A DNA stretch of 64,000 bases from Rhodospirillales bacterium (GCA_965601835.1 OZ271842.1:909630-973629); one strand, 5' to 3'. Positions 49,259 through 60,208 are shown, counted from the first letter of the stretch. The notes: generated from the letters alone by a model not told the origin. A program made the numbers and translations.

Positions 49259-49897
49259 TCAGAGCTTGTCCGGGTCCGCGCCGCCGCTTGCCACGGGCAC
49301 GGTCTCCAACAACTCCAGAACCTCTTCGACGGTGGGCACCACCGTAAATAGCTTGGCACTTTCGGCGTAGGCGTATCCCTCGTCGACGAAGTGCGCCACC
49401 ATGTCCGAAAGGGGCGACCAAAACCCGTTGCGATCCAAAACGATCACCGGTTTGTCGTGCAACCCAAGTTGCCGCCAGGTGATGATTTCCACGGTCTCGT
49501 CCAAGGTGCCCAGCCCCCCCGCCAGGGAAACAAAGGCATCGGACAACTCGAACATCCGTCTTTTGCGGCTATGCATGCTGTCGGTGACTTCCAACTGCTC
49601 GATCTCGGTATTGCCGAGCTCGCGGCGCATCAGAAAATCAGGGATCACGCCCGTTGCCTTGCCGCCGGCCCCGGTCACCGCATCGGCGACAGCGCCCATG
49701 AGCCCAACCCGGCCCCCACCGTAGATCAAGCGGATTTGCCGCGCCGCTAAGCCCCGTCCGAAAATCTCTGCATCGGCGAGATGCTGCGGGTCTACCCCCG
49801 GCTTGGAGCCGCAAAATACCGCGACGGATTTGGGTAACGACATAGTGAGGGGCCTCCCGGGCGTCTTGGCAGAATCAGGGTTGGAACTGAACGTCAT
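49259..49897 (-). CDS. LOG family (TIGR00730) nucleotide 5'-monophosphate nucleosidase
   Basis: VFCGS, YGGG..GLMG, and PGGLGTLDE-like GGLGTLDE motifs. Alternative start at 49843. Confidence 0.85.
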   Translation of the reverse strand: MTFSSNPDSAKTPGRPLTMSLPKSVAVFCGSKPGVDPQHLADAEIFGRGLAARQIRLIYGGGRVGLMGAVADAVTGAGGKATGVIPDFLMRRELGNTEIEQLEVTDSMHSRKRRMFELSDAFVSLAGGLGTLDETVEIITWRQLGLHDKPVIVLDRNGFWSPLSDMVAHFVDEGYAYAESAKLFTVVPTVEEVLELLETVPVASGGADPDKL

Positions 49898-50032
49898 TGT
49901 AATTACGTTGATAAGGCGAGCCGCATATTATTTTTCGCGGGACCCGGCGTTTGTCGCATTTTCTTAACGCACCGCGGCCCGGCCTACCAGACGGATCGCT
50001 GTTATATTTTTTTGATTGAAGGAACAGAGACC

Positions 50033-50494
50033 ATGATCCCCCATCGTTTCACAGCCATTGCCGTTGCCGGCGCGATCACCGTCCTGAGTGCCACGGTATC
50101 GTTCGCCAGCGAAGACGCCATCAAGTACCGCCAGAACATCTTTAAGGCGATCGGCGGACACACCACAGCGATTGCCACCATCGTGAAAACCGACGCCGGC
50201 GACGTAAAAGACGTGGTCGCCCACGCCAACGCGATTGCCGCGCTTGCAGCGATCACGCCATCGATCTTCCCGGAAAACTCGGGCCCGATGGACGGGCAAA
50301 CCCGTGCCAAGGCGGAGATTTGGGAAAAGCCCGAAGACTTCAAAGCGGTTCTGGATGCGTTCAAACGGGAAGCGGACAAACTCGCCGAAGTCGCTGCAAC
50401 GGGTGACGAACGCGCCATTGGCCAGCAACTGGGCGCGCTTGGGCGCGACGGCTGCAAGGCCTGTCACGACGGCTACCGTGCGCCGAAAAGCTAA
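50033..50494 (+). CDS. Cytochrome c' (class II c-type cytochrome)
   Basis: Signal peptide, four-helix-bundle length, C-terminal heme motif CKACHDGYR. Confidence 0.85.
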   Translation: MIPHRFTAIAVAGAITVLSATVSFASEDAIKYRQNIFKAIGGHTTAIATIVKTDAGDVKDVVAHANAIAALAAITPSIFPENSGPMDGQTRAKAEIWEKPEDFKAVLDAFKREADKLAEVAATGDERAIGQQLGALGRDGCKACHDGYRAPKS

Positions 50495-50506
50495 GGGTTA
50501 ACGCCA

Positions 50507-50538
50507 ACCAAAACCGCCCGGGCACCGACCCGGGCGGT
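50507..50538 (-). terminator. Perfect 10-bp GC hairpin between convergent cytochrome genes; has a T-tract only for the minus-strand transcript
   Basis: accgcccggg-caccga-cccgggcggt. The minus strand continues ttttgg. Confidence 0.65.
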
Positions 50539-50548
50539 CAGGCCGTCG

Positions 50549-51232
50549 TCAGTAGTTGAAAATGTAATAGGCGGCTGCGGCGGCCACCGCGATCGTCACG
50601 ATCGCTGCGACAGGATTGCCGCGCGCCGCGCTGTCATCCTCCGCGAAGCTCCCAGCCTTGCGGCCATGGATCATGGCGGCGATTAGCTTGTGTCCCTTGA
50701 AAGTATAGAACGCAACTGCCGCCAAATGCAGTCCGATCAAGGCGTATAGAACGTTCGAGGCCAAGCCGTGATAATACGTCATCAAGTCGCTGGTCGACTT
50801 GTCGACCAGTTTCGCCAGCGGCCCTTCGGTAAAGACATCGTCGTTGGCGAACAACCCCGTGCCGACCTGCACGGCCAGAATCCCAAGCAACGCCAGCACC
50901 GATAACGCCCCCATGGGATTGTGGCCTTTGGGCTCCTCCGCGTCGCCCCGCAACAGTCCCCGCGCATAGGTCATGACGGCCCCAGGGCCACGGACGAAGT
51001 CGGCAAACCGCGCGTGCTGCCCGCCGATGACGCCCCACATCAGACGGAATACAATCAGTCCCAGCACCACATGACCGCTGATCACGTGGATATCCAGATA
51101 CCCGAATTCCTCGCTTACCAGCGAGACGGTAACCGCGATCGCCAACCCCCAATGAAAAACCCGGGTCGGCACGTCCCACACATAGGTTTTGTCAGCCGTC
51201 GTCTCGGCTTCGTCGCGATTGCTGTCGCTCAT
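50549..51232 (-). CDS. Cytochrome b561 family (Ni/Fe-hydrogenase b-type cytochrome-like) membrane protein
   Basis: RVFHW......... and H..LG....FR..WG; four TM segments with conserved His. ATG 51232. Confidence 0.8.
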   Translation of the reverse strand: MSDSNRDEAETTADKTYVWDVPTRVFHWGLAIAVTVSLVSEEFGYLDIHVISGHVVLGLIVFRLMWGVIGGQHARFADFVRGPGAVMTYARGLLRGDAEEPKGHNPMGALSVLALLGILAVQVGTGLFANDDVFTEGPLAKLVDKSTSDLMTYYHGLASNVLYALIGLHLAAVAFYTFKGHKLIAAMIHGRKAGSFAEDDSAARGNPVAAIVTIAVAAAAAYYIFNY

Positions 51233-51348
51233 GGCATTTCCTTTTCGCTCGTCGCCGCTCGACGGACCCCTTTGCACGCAGTTTACGGCGAAGCCGCTCG
51301 CGAAGGTAGCCCTTCCCTCGCGCCCGGAAATGTGGCAATCAGATCGAA

Positions 51349-52359
51349 ATGTCCAGAACACCGATCCTGCTTGCGATCCTTGGGGTTATTGCGATTGTTG
51401 TCGCAATCGGCCTGAACGAGGTTGCATTTCAAGACGACCCGGCACCGGCGCCCGAACAAGCTGCCGCACAGCCCGATCCGGCCCCCGCGCCGGTAGAGAC
51501 CACAGACCCTGAGCCGGCAACCACGACCCCGCCGTCCTTCGATGTGGTCCGGGTCAACCCGGATGGCGACGCTGTGATCGCAGGGCGCGCGCAGCCGGGG
51601 AGCACGGTGATCATTCTCGACGGCGACACGGTCATCGGCGAAGCCAAGGCCGACGGCAACGGCGAATGGGTTTTCATTCCGGAGTCGCCGTTGACCGCTG
51701 GCAATCGGAGCTTGTCATTGAAATCGACCGAGCCTGACGGCGCGGTGCGCACCAGCGAGGCCGACGTCGTCATCGCCGTCCCTGAAAAACCCACGTCCAC
51801 TGGGGGCGACACGGCACCAGCGCAACAGGCACTGGTTCTGAAATTTCCGAAATCCGGCGACGGCGCGACGCAGGTTCTGCAGCGACCAGGCGGCCCCGTC
51901 GACCGATCCACGTTTCCGCTCACCATCGACACCATCGATTATGACGCGAATGGCCGCGTCGTCATCGGCGGCGGCGCGCCGGAAGGTGCGCTGGTGCAAT
52001 TGTATCTCGACGGCGGTCTGGTCGACCGGGTGCGGGCCGGCGGCGACCGGCTTTGGTCATCACGACCGGCGCAAGCAATTGCCCCGGGTCTCTATACACT
52101 GCGCGCCGATCATGTCGACGACAGCGGGAAAGTCGTGGCCCGTGTCGAGTATCCGTTTTCGCGGGCGGAGGACCTGACCGCTATGGCGGAAGGCACCTTC
52201 GTGCTGGTGCAGCCGGGCAACTCTCTGTGGCGAATCGCGCGCCGTATGTACGGGTCGGGCTTCAGTTATACGCAAATTTTCGAGGCCAACCGGTCGCGGA
52301 TCATCGATCCGGACCTGATTTATCCCGGGCAGGTATTCGAGGTGCCGAGCGTCAACTGA
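51349..52359 (+). CDS. Membrane-anchored protein with two Ig-like repeats and a C-terminal LysM domain
   Basis: N-terminal TM segment, Pro/Ala linker, C-terminal LysM pattern V.PGNSLW.IA...YG.G..Y..I...N...I.DP.LIYPGQV..VP. Confidence 0.8.
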   Translation: MSRTPILLAILGVIAIVVAIGLNEVAFQDDPAPAPEQAAAQPDPAPAPVETTDPEPATTTPPSFDVVRVNPDGDAVIAGRAQPGSTVIILDGDTVIGEAKADGNGEWVFIPESPLTAGNRSLSLKSTEPDGAVRTSEADVVIAVPEKPTSTGGDTAPAQQALVLKFPKSGDGATQVLQRPGGPVDRSTFPLTIDTIDYDANGRVVIGGGAPEGALVQLYLDGGLVDRVRAGGDRLWSSRPAQAIAPGLYTLRADHVDDSGKVVARVEYPFSRAEDLTAMAEGTFVLVQPGNSLWRIARRMYGSGFSYTQIFEANRSRIIDPDLIYPGQVFEVPSVN

Positions 52360-52365
52360 CGCTTT

Positions 52366-52842
52366 TTACGCCGCGGCGGCCTCGGGCCGGTGCACGACCA
52401 ACGCCAGCAATTCCAGATAGGGCCTGTGACGCAGCACAATCCGCACCGTCTCGGCCAGCAATGATGTCGGTGTCAGCGCCTCTTCGAGGCGGAACACCTC
52501 GGCGATGACCAGTTTCTGATCCTTGGTCAGGCGCACGCGCCCGCCCAAATCGGCTCGGGCCGCGTCCAGGATCGCCAGCGCCGTCGCCCGGCGCTCGGGA
52601 TCTTCGGCGGTAAACGGCAGGGCGCCAAGATTCGCCCGTACTTCCATGTCGATTCCCTGGTCCCGGCCTTGAGCGCGGACCACGAAGGGCACGCCCTTGT
52701 ACTCGAAGCCGACATCCAACCGATCATGCGGCGGCGGACCGATGAGCGCACCGCTGACCTCGAGGTCCTCGGATATGCTGACCCGTTGCCCTTCGCCGAG
52801 GGCAATCAATTTCCGGGTCAAATCGCCTTTTTTCGTTTCCAT
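52366..52842 (-). CDS. Hypothetical protein
   Basis: ORF with window-typical codon usage. ATG 52842. No motif recognised. Confidence 0.5.
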   Translation of the reverse strand: METKKGDLTRKLIALGEGQRVSISEDLEVSGALIGPPPHDRLDVGFEYKGVPFVVRAQGRDQGIDMEVRANLGALPFTAEDPERRATALAILDAARADLGGRVRLTKDQKLVIAEVFRLEEALTPTSLLAETVRIVLRHRPYLELLALVVHRPEAAAA

Positions 52843-52955
52843 GTTCGTTACATAGCATGCGATTGCTGCGTTTCGAAGGCTGATTCGCGGAAATTTATGG
52901 TGTATGGTCCGCGCCGGTTCGCCGAGCGGCGGCAATATGACGACGGAGTCGATTT

Positions 52956-53642
52956 GTGATTAAAGACGTGCTTGTTCCCATCAATCGGGCGGGATACCCG
53001 TTCATTGCCATCTTCGCGGTGGTCACCGTTCTTCTGTATGCATGGTGGGAGCCCCTGGGTTTCGTCGGTCTCGTGCTCACGGCCTGGTGCACTTATTTTT
53101 TCCGCGACCCGGACCGTGTGACGCCCACCGCCGAAAATCTGGTCATCAGCCCCGCCGACGGTGTGGTGCAATCGATCGTCAAAGCGCCCCCGCCGCCGGA
53201 GTTGGAGTTGGGCGATGCGCCGATGACGCGGATCGCCGTCTTCATGAACGTATTCAATGTGCATGTGAACCGCGTCCCCATGAACGGCACGATTTCCGCC
53301 AAACACTATCGTCCCGGCAAGTTCTTCAATGCGTCGTTGGACAAAGCGAGCGAGTTCAACGAACGCATGAGCCTAAAGGTCAAGACGGAGGCCGGCGTCG
53401 AGATCGGTTTCGTGCAGATCGCCGGTCTCGTGGCGCGGCGGATACTTTGCTACGTGGATACCGGACGCGCCGTGCGCGCCGGCGAACGGTTCGGTCTGAT
53501 CCGTTTCGGCTCGCGCGTCGATATTTATCTTCCGGACGGCGTTGCGCCCAAGGTCATCGAGGGGCAGATCTCCATCGCCGGCGAGACAGTACTCGCCGAC
53601 CTGAACGAAAGCGGCGACGGATTGACGGGGGAGGTTCGCTGA
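52956..53642 (+). CDS. psd: Phosphatidylserine decarboxylase proenzyme (short alphaproteobacterial type)
   Basis: SPADG, VHVNR.P..G, and the self-cleavage region FGSRVD. GTG start. Confidence 0.9.
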   Translation: MIKDVLVPINRAGYPFIAIFAVVTVLLYAWWEPLGFVGLVLTAWCTYFFRDPDRVTPTAENLVISPADGVVQSIVKAPPPPELELGDAPMTRIAVFMNVFNVHVNRVPMNGTISAKHYRPGKFFNASLDKASEFNERMSLKVKTEAGVEIGFVQIAGLVARRILCYVDTGRAVRAGERFGLIRFGSRVDIYLPDGVAPKVIEGQISIAGETVLADLNESGDGLTGEVR

Positions 53643-53643
53643 G

Positions 53644-54468
53644 GTGAGCCCCGACCCCAACACGTCTGACACATCGCCCCGCCGCCGAAGCGGCTTTCGG
53701 GTGATGAGTCTGAACAAGTTGCTGCCGAATATCCTGACGCTGATGGCGCTGGCATCCGGCCTGACCTCGGTGCGCTTCGCGTTGCAGGAGGAATGGCACT
53801 TCGCGGTCCTGGCGATCATGGCCGCCGCGGTGTTCGATGCGCTCGACGGCCGGGTCGCCAGATTGCTGAAGAGCACCAGCCGGTTCGGCGCCGAACTCGA
53901 TTCGCTGTCCGATATGGTGTGCTTCGGGGTTGCGCCCGCGTTGATCCTCTATCTATGGGGGATGGAGGACGCCGGCCGCTGGGGCTGGATCGTGTGCATG
54001 CTGTTTTCCATGGGCTGCGCGTTGCGGCTGGCACGCTTCAACGTGGCACTGGACGATCCGAACAAACCGGCCTGGACGTCGCAGTTCTTCACCGGCGTTC
54101 CGGCGCCGGCGGGCGCGGGACTGGCGCTGCTGCCGATTATCCTGTCGTTTATTCTCGGCGACGATTATCTGCGTGCGCCGGCCACCGTCGCGGTCTGGAT
54201 CATATTCGTGGGCGCGCTGTTCATCAGCTCGATCCCGACGTTCTCGTTCAAGACGTCGCGCATTCCCCGCGCATGGTTTCCACCCGTCATGATCGCGATG
54301 GCCGCGATGGTCTCGTTCCTGCTGACCGAGCCGTGGTGGACCCTGTCGTTCGTGTTGATCCTGTATTTGGCGTTGATACCGGTCAGTATCCGGCGCTACC
54401 GCAGGTTCTCATCCCGCGAGCCCAGACCTGCGCCCACGTCGACCGATGACGACGGCCTGATCGGCTGA
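53644..54468 (+). CDS. pssA: CDP-diacylglycerol--serine O-phosphatidyltransferase
   Basis: CDP-alcohol phosphatidyltransferase motif DALDGRVAR....S.FG.ELDSL.D. GTG 53644; ATG 53704 is the alternative start. Confidence 0.9.
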   Translation: MSPDPNTSDTSPRRRSGFRVMSLNKLLPNILTLMALASGLTSVRFALQEEWHFAVLAIMAAAVFDALDGRVARLLKSTSRFGAELDSLSDMVCFGVAPALILYLWGMEDAGRWGWIVCMLFSMGCALRLARFNVALDDPNKPAWTSQFFTGVPAPAGAGLALLPIILSFILGDDYLRAPATVAVWIIFVGALFISSIPTFSFKTSRIPRAWFPPVMIAMAAMVSFLLTEPWWTLSFVLILYLALIPVSIRRYRRFSSREPRPAPTSTDDDGLIG

Positions 54469-54473
54469 GGCAG

Positions 54474-57400
54474 CTACTCGGCGGCGTGCCGACGCTCGAC
54501 GACTTGCAAATCTGCAGCCGGTGATGCGATGCGGCGACCGCGAAGACGGTCCCAGAATGCGCGGGCATTGCCCCGCAACATCAACGCGCACGGCGTCACC
54601 ACCAGGGTCAATATGGTGGCAAACGCCAGACCGAATACGATCGCCGACGATAGCTGCGTCCACCATTGGGTCGACGGCGCACCGATGTTCACGCCACGGC
54701 CGACCAGATCGATGTTCATCCCCAGCACCATCGGCATCAGGCCGAGGATCGTCGTCACCGTGGTCAGCAATACCGGCCGCAGACGCTGCGCACCGGTCTT
54801 GAGAATCGCATCGCGGATCGTCGCCGTTTCGCCCTTTAGCCGGTCGAAAGTGTCGATCAGCACGATGTTGTTGTTGACCACGATCCCAGCCAGGGCGATG
54901 ACGCCGATCCCGCTCATCACGATGCCGAACGGTTGTCCGGTGAGCAGCAGGCCAATGAACACCCCGATGGTCGACATCACGACTGCCGACAGGATCAGGA
55001 ACGCGGAATAGAAGCTGTTGAATTGGGTCACCAGGATGAGCGCCATCAGGAACAGCGCGAACAGAAACGCCTTGGTGAGGAATTCTTCAGCCGCCCGTTG
55101 TTCCTCGTCTTCGCCTTTGAAGGTAATCATGATTCGCGGATCGAACCCGGCGCCGCGCAGCCATTCTTGGATTTCCGCGACTTTGCCTTCGACCAGAACC
55201 CCCTCTTCGACGTCGGCTTTGACCGCCATGGAACGGCGCGTGTCCGTGCGTTTCAGAGTCCCGGTCTTCTGGTTCGGCTCGATGGTGACGAAGTTGCCGA
55301 TGGGCACCGAGCCGAACTCGCTCTCGACCCGAAGCTGCTGCAGTTGATCCAATGTCCGGAATGCGGACGGATAGCGGGCCCGCACATCGATCTCATCGTC
55401 GGCGTCATCCGGCCGGTAGCCGCCGAGTTTCAAGCCATTGGTCGCCAACTGAACCGAGCGGCCAACCAGTTCGATATCCGCCCCGAACTTCGCCGCCTGG
55501 GCGCGGTCCACGGTGATCTCGAAATCGATCCCAGGCAGTTGCCGACCGTCCTCGATATTGAGCAGGCCGTCCATGGTTTCCATGTAGGCGCGCAGCCGCT
55601 GCGCCGCCGGTTCCAGCAGCGCGGGCTCGCGGCTCGACAACTCGACCTGGATTGGTTTGCCGACCGGCGGTCCGGCTTCTTCCTTGCGGCGGTCGACGAA
55701 GATTCCGGGGATGTCGCTGGTCCGGGCGTTGGCCTCAGCGAGGATTTCGTCGGCGGTCCTACGCAGATCCCAATCCTCGAACTCCAGGGTGATTTCACCG
55801 ATGATGTCTTCGGCTTCCTCGGACTGCTCGCTCTGACCGACCCGGGTGTAGATGTTGCGGATACCGCGCACATCCAGAATTCGGCTTTCGACCAGCTTCA
55901 GCATGTCGTGCTGTTCCCACGCCGACAGGTTCCCGCGGGCGCGGACCTGCAGCTTGGCCAGTTCGGGCTCCACGGTCGGGAAGAACTCGACCCCCTTGCC
56001 GAACGACGCATACGTCATCTGCACACCGATCAACAGAATGACCGCGGCCAGCAGGATTTTCCCGGGATGGCGGAGCGCCGCATCCAGGAACCGGACGTAG
56101 CGGCCGGTAACGCCGCGGATCTCTTTCGGGTCGACTTCCGACCCCGACGCGATATCGCGCATCAAGGACGGGTCGACACTGCCGCCGGCCTTGCCGACCT
56201 GGGCGCCCAGCGTCGGTACGAAAATCAACGCCATCGCCAGCGATGCGCTCAACGTCACCAGCAGCGTCAGCGGCAGGAACTTCATGAACTCGCCGACGAT
56301 CCCCGGCCAGAACAACAGCGGCAGGAACGCCGCCAAGGTCGTCGCGGTCGACGCGATGATCGGCCACGACATACGTTTCGCCGCCATGGCGTAGGCCCGT
56401 GCCTTGGGTTCGCCCTCGGTCATCTTGCGGTCGGCATATTCGGTCACGACGATGGCCCCGTCGACCAGCATTCCCACCGCCAGGATCAAGCTGAATAACA
56501 CCACGATGTTGACCGTCATCCCCGATGCAAACAGCACTAGGATCGCGGTCAGGAACGACCCCGGGATCGCGATCCCCACCAACCCGGCGGACCGGAGACC
56601 GAGGGCAGCGACGATCACAATCATCACCAACAGCACCGCCGACAGAACATTGTTCTGCAGGTCGGTCAGCATCAGTCGGATGTCGTTGGACTTATCCTGC
56701 ATGTATTCCACCTGCACCGCCTGGCGCAGCGTCTCCGGCCATTCAGTGCGCAATTCCTCGACCGTAGCGCGCACCGCCTCGACGGTATCGATAATGTTCT
56801 CACCCGTGCGTTTCGAGACCTCCAACGCCACGGCGCGGCGGCCGTCGACACGGGCGAAGGAGTCCGGGTCCTTGAAGCTGCGGCGGATTTCCGCGACATC
56901 GCCAAGGGTGACCACGCTATCCCCGTCCACCTTGATCGGCGTCGAGGCGATATCGAACACGGTCTCATAAAGGCCGGGAACCTTGATCGCGAACCGGCCG
57001 ACGCCCGTGTCTTGCGCCCCCGCGGCGATCAGCAGGTTGGAGCCCTGCACGGCTTCCGCCGTCTCGACTGCCGAAATGCCGTAACTCTCGATCTTGATCG
57101 GATCGATGATGACCTCCAGCAATTCCTCGCGGTCACCGGCGATCTCGGCCTTGAGAACCTGCGAAATACCTTCGATCTCGTCGCGCAGATCGCGCGCCAA
57201 TCGCAATAGCGATCTCTCAGGCACGTCGCCTGACAAGGTCACGACCAAGATTGGAAACAGGGAGATATTGACCTCGTTGACCGTTGGCTCGTCGGTTTCG
57301 TCGGGCAGCTCGGGTTTCGCGATATCCACCTTCTCGCGGACATCTGTCAGCGCCTGATCGGCATCGAACCCGGCATCGAATTCCATGGTGACGTTGGCGC

Positions 57401-57665
57401 CGCCCTGATAGGCGCTGGAGCGCATCTCCTTGACGCCTTCGATGGCGCGAAGCTCCTGCTCCATCGGGCGGATCAGCAACCGCTCGGCGTCTTCGGGCGA
57501 AATCCCGTCATGGTGCATGGAGACATAGATAATCGGGATATTGACGTCCGGATCGGCTTCTTTCGGAATGTCGTTGAAGGCGATCACACCGGCGCACAGC
57601 AACAGAACCAGCAGGCCCAAGACCGTGCGGCTATGGCTGATCGCCGCGTCGATGATGGCGTTCAT
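54474..57665 (-). CDS. RND family efflux transporter, inner-membrane permease (AcrB-like)
   Basis: 1063 aa with 12-TM/two-large-loop organisation and typical N-terminus (...ISHSRTVLGLLVLLL.AG..AF..IPKE..PD). Confidence 0.9.
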   Translation of the reverse strand: MNAIIDAAISHSRTVLGLLVLLLCAGVIAFNDIPKEADPDVNIPIIYVSMHHDGISPEDAERLLIRPMEQELRAIEGVKEMRSSAYQGGANVTMEFDAGFDADQALTDVREKVDIAKPELPDETDEPTVNEVNISLFPILVVTLSGDVPERSLLRLARDLRDEIEGISQVLKAEIAGDREELLEVIIDPIKIESYGISAVETAEAVQGSNLLIAAGAQDTGVGRFAIKVPGLYETVFDIASTPIKVDGDSVVTLGDVAEIRRSFKDPDSFARVDGRRAVALEVSKRTGENIIDTVEAVRATVEELRTEWPETLRQAVQVEYMQDKSNDIRLMLTDLQNNVLSAVLLVMIVIVAALGLRSAGLVGIAIPGSFLTAILVLFASGMTVNIVVLFSLILAVGMLVDGAIVVTEYADRKMTEGEPKARAYAMAAKRMSWPIIASTATTLAAFLPLLFWPGIVGEFMKFLPLTLLVTLSASLAMALIFVPTLGAQVGKAGGSVDPSLMRDIASGSEVDPKEIRGVTGRYVRFLDAALRHPGKILLAAVILLIGVQMTYASFGKGVEFFPTVEPELAKLQVRARGNLSAWEQHDMLKLVESRILDVRGIRNIYTRVGQSEQSEEAEDIIGEITLEFEDWDLRRTADEILAEANARTSDIPGIFVDRRKEEAGPPVGKPIQVELSSREPALLEPAAQRLRAYMETMDGLLNIEDGRQLPGIDFEITVDRAQAAKFGADIELVGRSVQLATNGLKLGGYRPDDADDEIDVRARYPSAFRTLDQLQQLRVESEFGSVPIGNFVTIEPNQKTGTLKRTDTRRSMAVKADVEEGVLVEGKVAEIQEWLRGAGFDPRIMITFKGEDEEQRAAEEFLTKAFLFALFLMALILVTQFNSFYSAFLILSAVVMSTIGVFIGLLLTGQPFGIVMSGIGVIALAGIVVNNNIVLIDTFDRLKGETATIRDAILKTGAQRLRPVLLTTVTTILGLMPMVLGMNIDLVGRGVNIGAPSTQWWTQLSSAIVFGLAFATILTLVVTPCALMLRGNARAFWDRLRGRRIASPAADLQVVERRHAAE

Positions 57666-58801
57666 GACTGAGCGCCACCGTCGTCCACCGCGGCCTCGAC
57701 CGGGGTCACTGTCTGCCCCTCGACCACGAATTCCTGCCCGACGGTAATGATACGAACCGAGCCGGGTAGCCCGGCGACCCAGACCCCGTCGGGCGTGTCG
57801 TCCAGAAGCCGAATGGCATAGAACCGGACCATGTTGCCGTCGTCCACGCCGCGCACGCCAAGAATTCCTCGGTCATCCAGGGTCAAGGCGGACTTGGCGA
57901 TTTTGTGCGCCGGCTGTTGCCCGACGTTCAGCATGACCTCGGCCGTGATCCCGGCGGCGATCCGCTCACCCGGGTTATCGATATGCACGTCGACGCGAAA
58001 CGTTCGTGTGACCTCGTTGGCGACTTTGGAAACGAAGACAACCGTTCCGCCGAGTTCACGCCCATCGGGCAATCGCACGGTCACCAAATCGTCGACCTGA
58101 ACGCCGCCGACGGTCAGCTCCGTAACGTTGACCACGACCCGCAACGGATCGAGATCGACAACCGTCGCCACCATGTCTTCGCGGATCACGAAATCACCGA
58201 CCGTTGGCGCGATGTCCTCGACGAAGCCATCGAACGGCGCGCGGATCTTGGTGCGGCGAATGTCCAGCCGGGCCTCTTCCAAGGCCGCGCGGGCGGCCGC
58301 CAAAGCCGCCGTGCTTTCGGCAAGCCGCACTTCGGACTCAAACTGTTTTCGCTGCAAATCTTTGGCGGCGTTGTATTGGATTTCCGCAGATTTCACAGCC
58401 GCCTCGGCGTCGCGCAGTTGCGCGCCGCGGTCGTCCATGGCCAATTCCAGCAGGACGGCCCCGGCTTCCACCTGTTCGCCTTTGCGGCCGTTCCGGACCA
58501 CGACGCGGCCGGATGTTTCGGCCTTCAACTCTGCGCTCTCGATCGCGTCCGTCCGGCCGGTGACGACGATCCGCCGCGGACGGTCCTGGGCGTCGAAGCG
58601 GGCGACCTGAACCCGCACGGGCTCGGAAGTGTCGGCAAGGCGTTCCGCCGCCGTCGAGGTTTCCGCAGGCGGTGTATCCTCAATCAGGCCGCTCCCGACC
58701 CAGGCGGTCGCGCCAATGGCAATCAGGATCGCGATAAAAATGGATTTACGCGATCCGGTCGCCTTGGCAACCGGTGCCTCGTTGTGTTCGTTCTCGGTCA
58801 T
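57662..58801 (-). CDS. RND efflux periplasmic adaptor (membrane fusion protein)
   Basis: N-terminal anchor, coiled-coil hairpin segment, barrel-sandwich motifs (I.APFDG.V). ATGA overlap with the RND gene. Confidence 0.85.
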   Translation of the reverse strand: MTENEHNEAPVAKATGSRKSIFIAILIAIGATAWVGSGLIEDTPPAETSTAAERLADTSEPVRVQVARFDAQDRPRRIVVTGRTDAIESAELKAETSGRVVVRNGRKGEQVEAGAVLLELAMDDRGAQLRDAEAAVKSAEIQYNAAKDLQRKQFESEVRLAESTAALAAARAALEEARLDIRRTKIRAPFDGFVEDIAPTVGDFVIREDMVATVVDLDPLRVVVNVTELTVGGVQVDDLVTVRLPDGRELGGTVVFVSKVANEVTRTFRVDVHIDNPGERIAAGITAEVMLNVGQQPAHKIAKSALTLDDRGILGVRGVDDGNMVRFYAIRLLDDTPDGVWVAGLPGSVRIITVGQEFVVEGQTVTPVEAAVDDGGAQS

Positions 58802-58926
58802 CGTCTTCTCAGAAGCATTGATAAAATAGGTGCTCTTGCGCGCACGGGTCGCATAGAGCCGTAACCGTTACCATTGCAAAAATGGAAACCGAGCCTTGCA
58901 CCAAACTTACAGGCGAAGATTACCGT

Positions 58927-59853
58927 TTATTCGGGATCCGGCATAACGGAAATGTCCCATGGCGGGACCGGGGTAAACGCCTCAACCAAGGCGTCGACGA
59001 ACGCCCGCACCTTTGCAGAGAGGTTCCGGTTGTGCGGCCAAACCACGAAGATGCCGGCCTCGCCCGACGACTCGAATTCCTGCAACACCGGGATCAGCCG
59101 GCCCGCCTTAACATCGTCACCGACGACGAACGAAGCCGCGCGGAACAGCCCTAGCCCCGCGAGCGTCGCCTCGTGCAGGACGATCGCATTGTCCGCCTCG
59201 AAGCGTCCGGACACGTCGACCACCCGCGGTCCGTCGGGACCGATGAACTCCCACCGGTTCAGCGACGTCGGGATGCTCAACTTCAGGCACTCGTGGTCCT
59301 TCAAATCATCGGGCGTCTTGGGCGCGCCGTACTTCGCGAGGTAACTCGGCGACGCCACCACCATCCGTTTCGGCACCCCAAGTTTCCGGGCCACGAGCGT
59401 GGAGTCGTTCAACACACCAATGCGGATTCCAACATCGAAGCCTTCTTCCACCAGATTGACGATGCTGTCCGTCATCGTCAGTTCGATTTGCAGCTGCGGG
59501 TACTTTTCCAAGAGCCGCGGGATCAGCGGCACGATCTGATATTGGCCGAACGCCGTCGAGGCATTGACCTTGAGAACCCCGCGCGGTTCCGCCGTCGACA
59601 ACGAGACAGTCTCCTCCGCCTCTTCGACTTCGGACAGGATCGGCGTCACCCGCTGATAAAAGACCCGCCCTTCCTCGGTCAGGCTCAGTTTCCGGGTGGT
59701 CCGGCTGAGAAGACGGACGCCAAGTCTGTCCTCAAGACGGCCAATCATTTTACTGACCGCGGACGGCGTCATGCGCAAGTCGCGTGCGGCGCCGGAAAAA
59801 CTCCCGGTCTGCACGACCCGCACAAAGGTCTCCATTTCTCCCAACCGATCCAT
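58927..59853 (-). CDS. LysR family transcriptional regulator
   Basis: N-terminal HTH: F..VV..GSFS.AAR.L.MTPSAVSK.I..LE..LGV.LL.R.TR.L.LTE.G. Confidence 0.9.
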   Translation of the reverse strand: MDRLGEMETFVRVVQTGSFSGAARDLRMTPSAVSKMIGRLEDRLGVRLLSRTTRKLSLTEEGRVFYQRVTPILSEVEEAEETVSLSTAEPRGVLKVNASTAFGQYQIVPLIPRLLEKYPQLQIELTMTDSIVNLVEEGFDVGIRIGVLNDSTLVARKLGVPKRMVVASPSYLAKYGAPKTPDDLKDHECLKLSIPTSLNRWEFIGPDGPRVVDVSGRFEADNAIVLHEATLAGLGLFRAASFVVGDDVKAGRLIPVLQEFESSGEAGIFVVWPHNRNLSAKVRAFVDALVEAFTPVPPWDISVMPDPE

Positions 59854-59999
59854 GAGGGCATATTAGTGAAAAAAAATCAAAAAATATAGTCTAAAAATGA
59901 AGATTATCGCTTTTGAGGAACTGCAGTAGAGTTGCTCTCACGATGAACGAAGGCCGATCTCGATAGGATTTTTGCACCTTCTGAATACGGAGCAGAGCG

Positions 60000-60158
60000 A
60001 TGTCATACGAAATAAACGCTACACGCAATCAATTTCCCACCCGCACGGTGACCGCGGAAGCCATCGATTTGGGCATCCGTAACGGTCGGCGCCTCCGCGC
60101 TGAAGTCATGCGCGATGCGATCGGCAAACTGCGGCACGGTCTCCTGCGCGGCGCCTAA
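60000..60158 (+). CDS. Unlisted 52-codon ORF (MSYEINATRNQFPTRTVTAEAIDLGIRNGRRLRAEVMRDAIGKLRHGLLRGA)
   Basis: ggag lies 8 nt before the ATG. GC3-rich codons in the second half. Followed by a good intrinsic terminator. Divergent from the LysR gene. Too short for the ORF track. Confidence 0.45.
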   Translation: MSYEINATRNQFPTRTVTAEAIDLGIRNGRRLRAEVMRDAIGKLRHGLLRGA

Positions 60159-60208
60159 ACGTACGCCCCCATATTCCCTGTGGCGATCCACTCGCCAACG
60201 TCCCCTTA

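Noticed and set aside
49898-50032. Looked for an FNR/NnrR/Dnr-type box (TTGAT-N4-ATCAA or similar) upstream of cytochrome c'
   Set aside because: Only half-sites (ttgat) without the partner arm were found. No supportable operator.
54933-56498. 521-aa plus-strand ORF
   Set aside because: It is antisense to the RND permease. Shadow ORF.
60003-60191. 62-aa minus-strand ORF
   Set aside because: It has no RBS, and its transcript would have to cross the 60209-60245 hairpin, which has a T-tract only on the plus strand, before reaching the ORF. The plus-strand 52-codon ORF with RBS and terminator explains the locus better.
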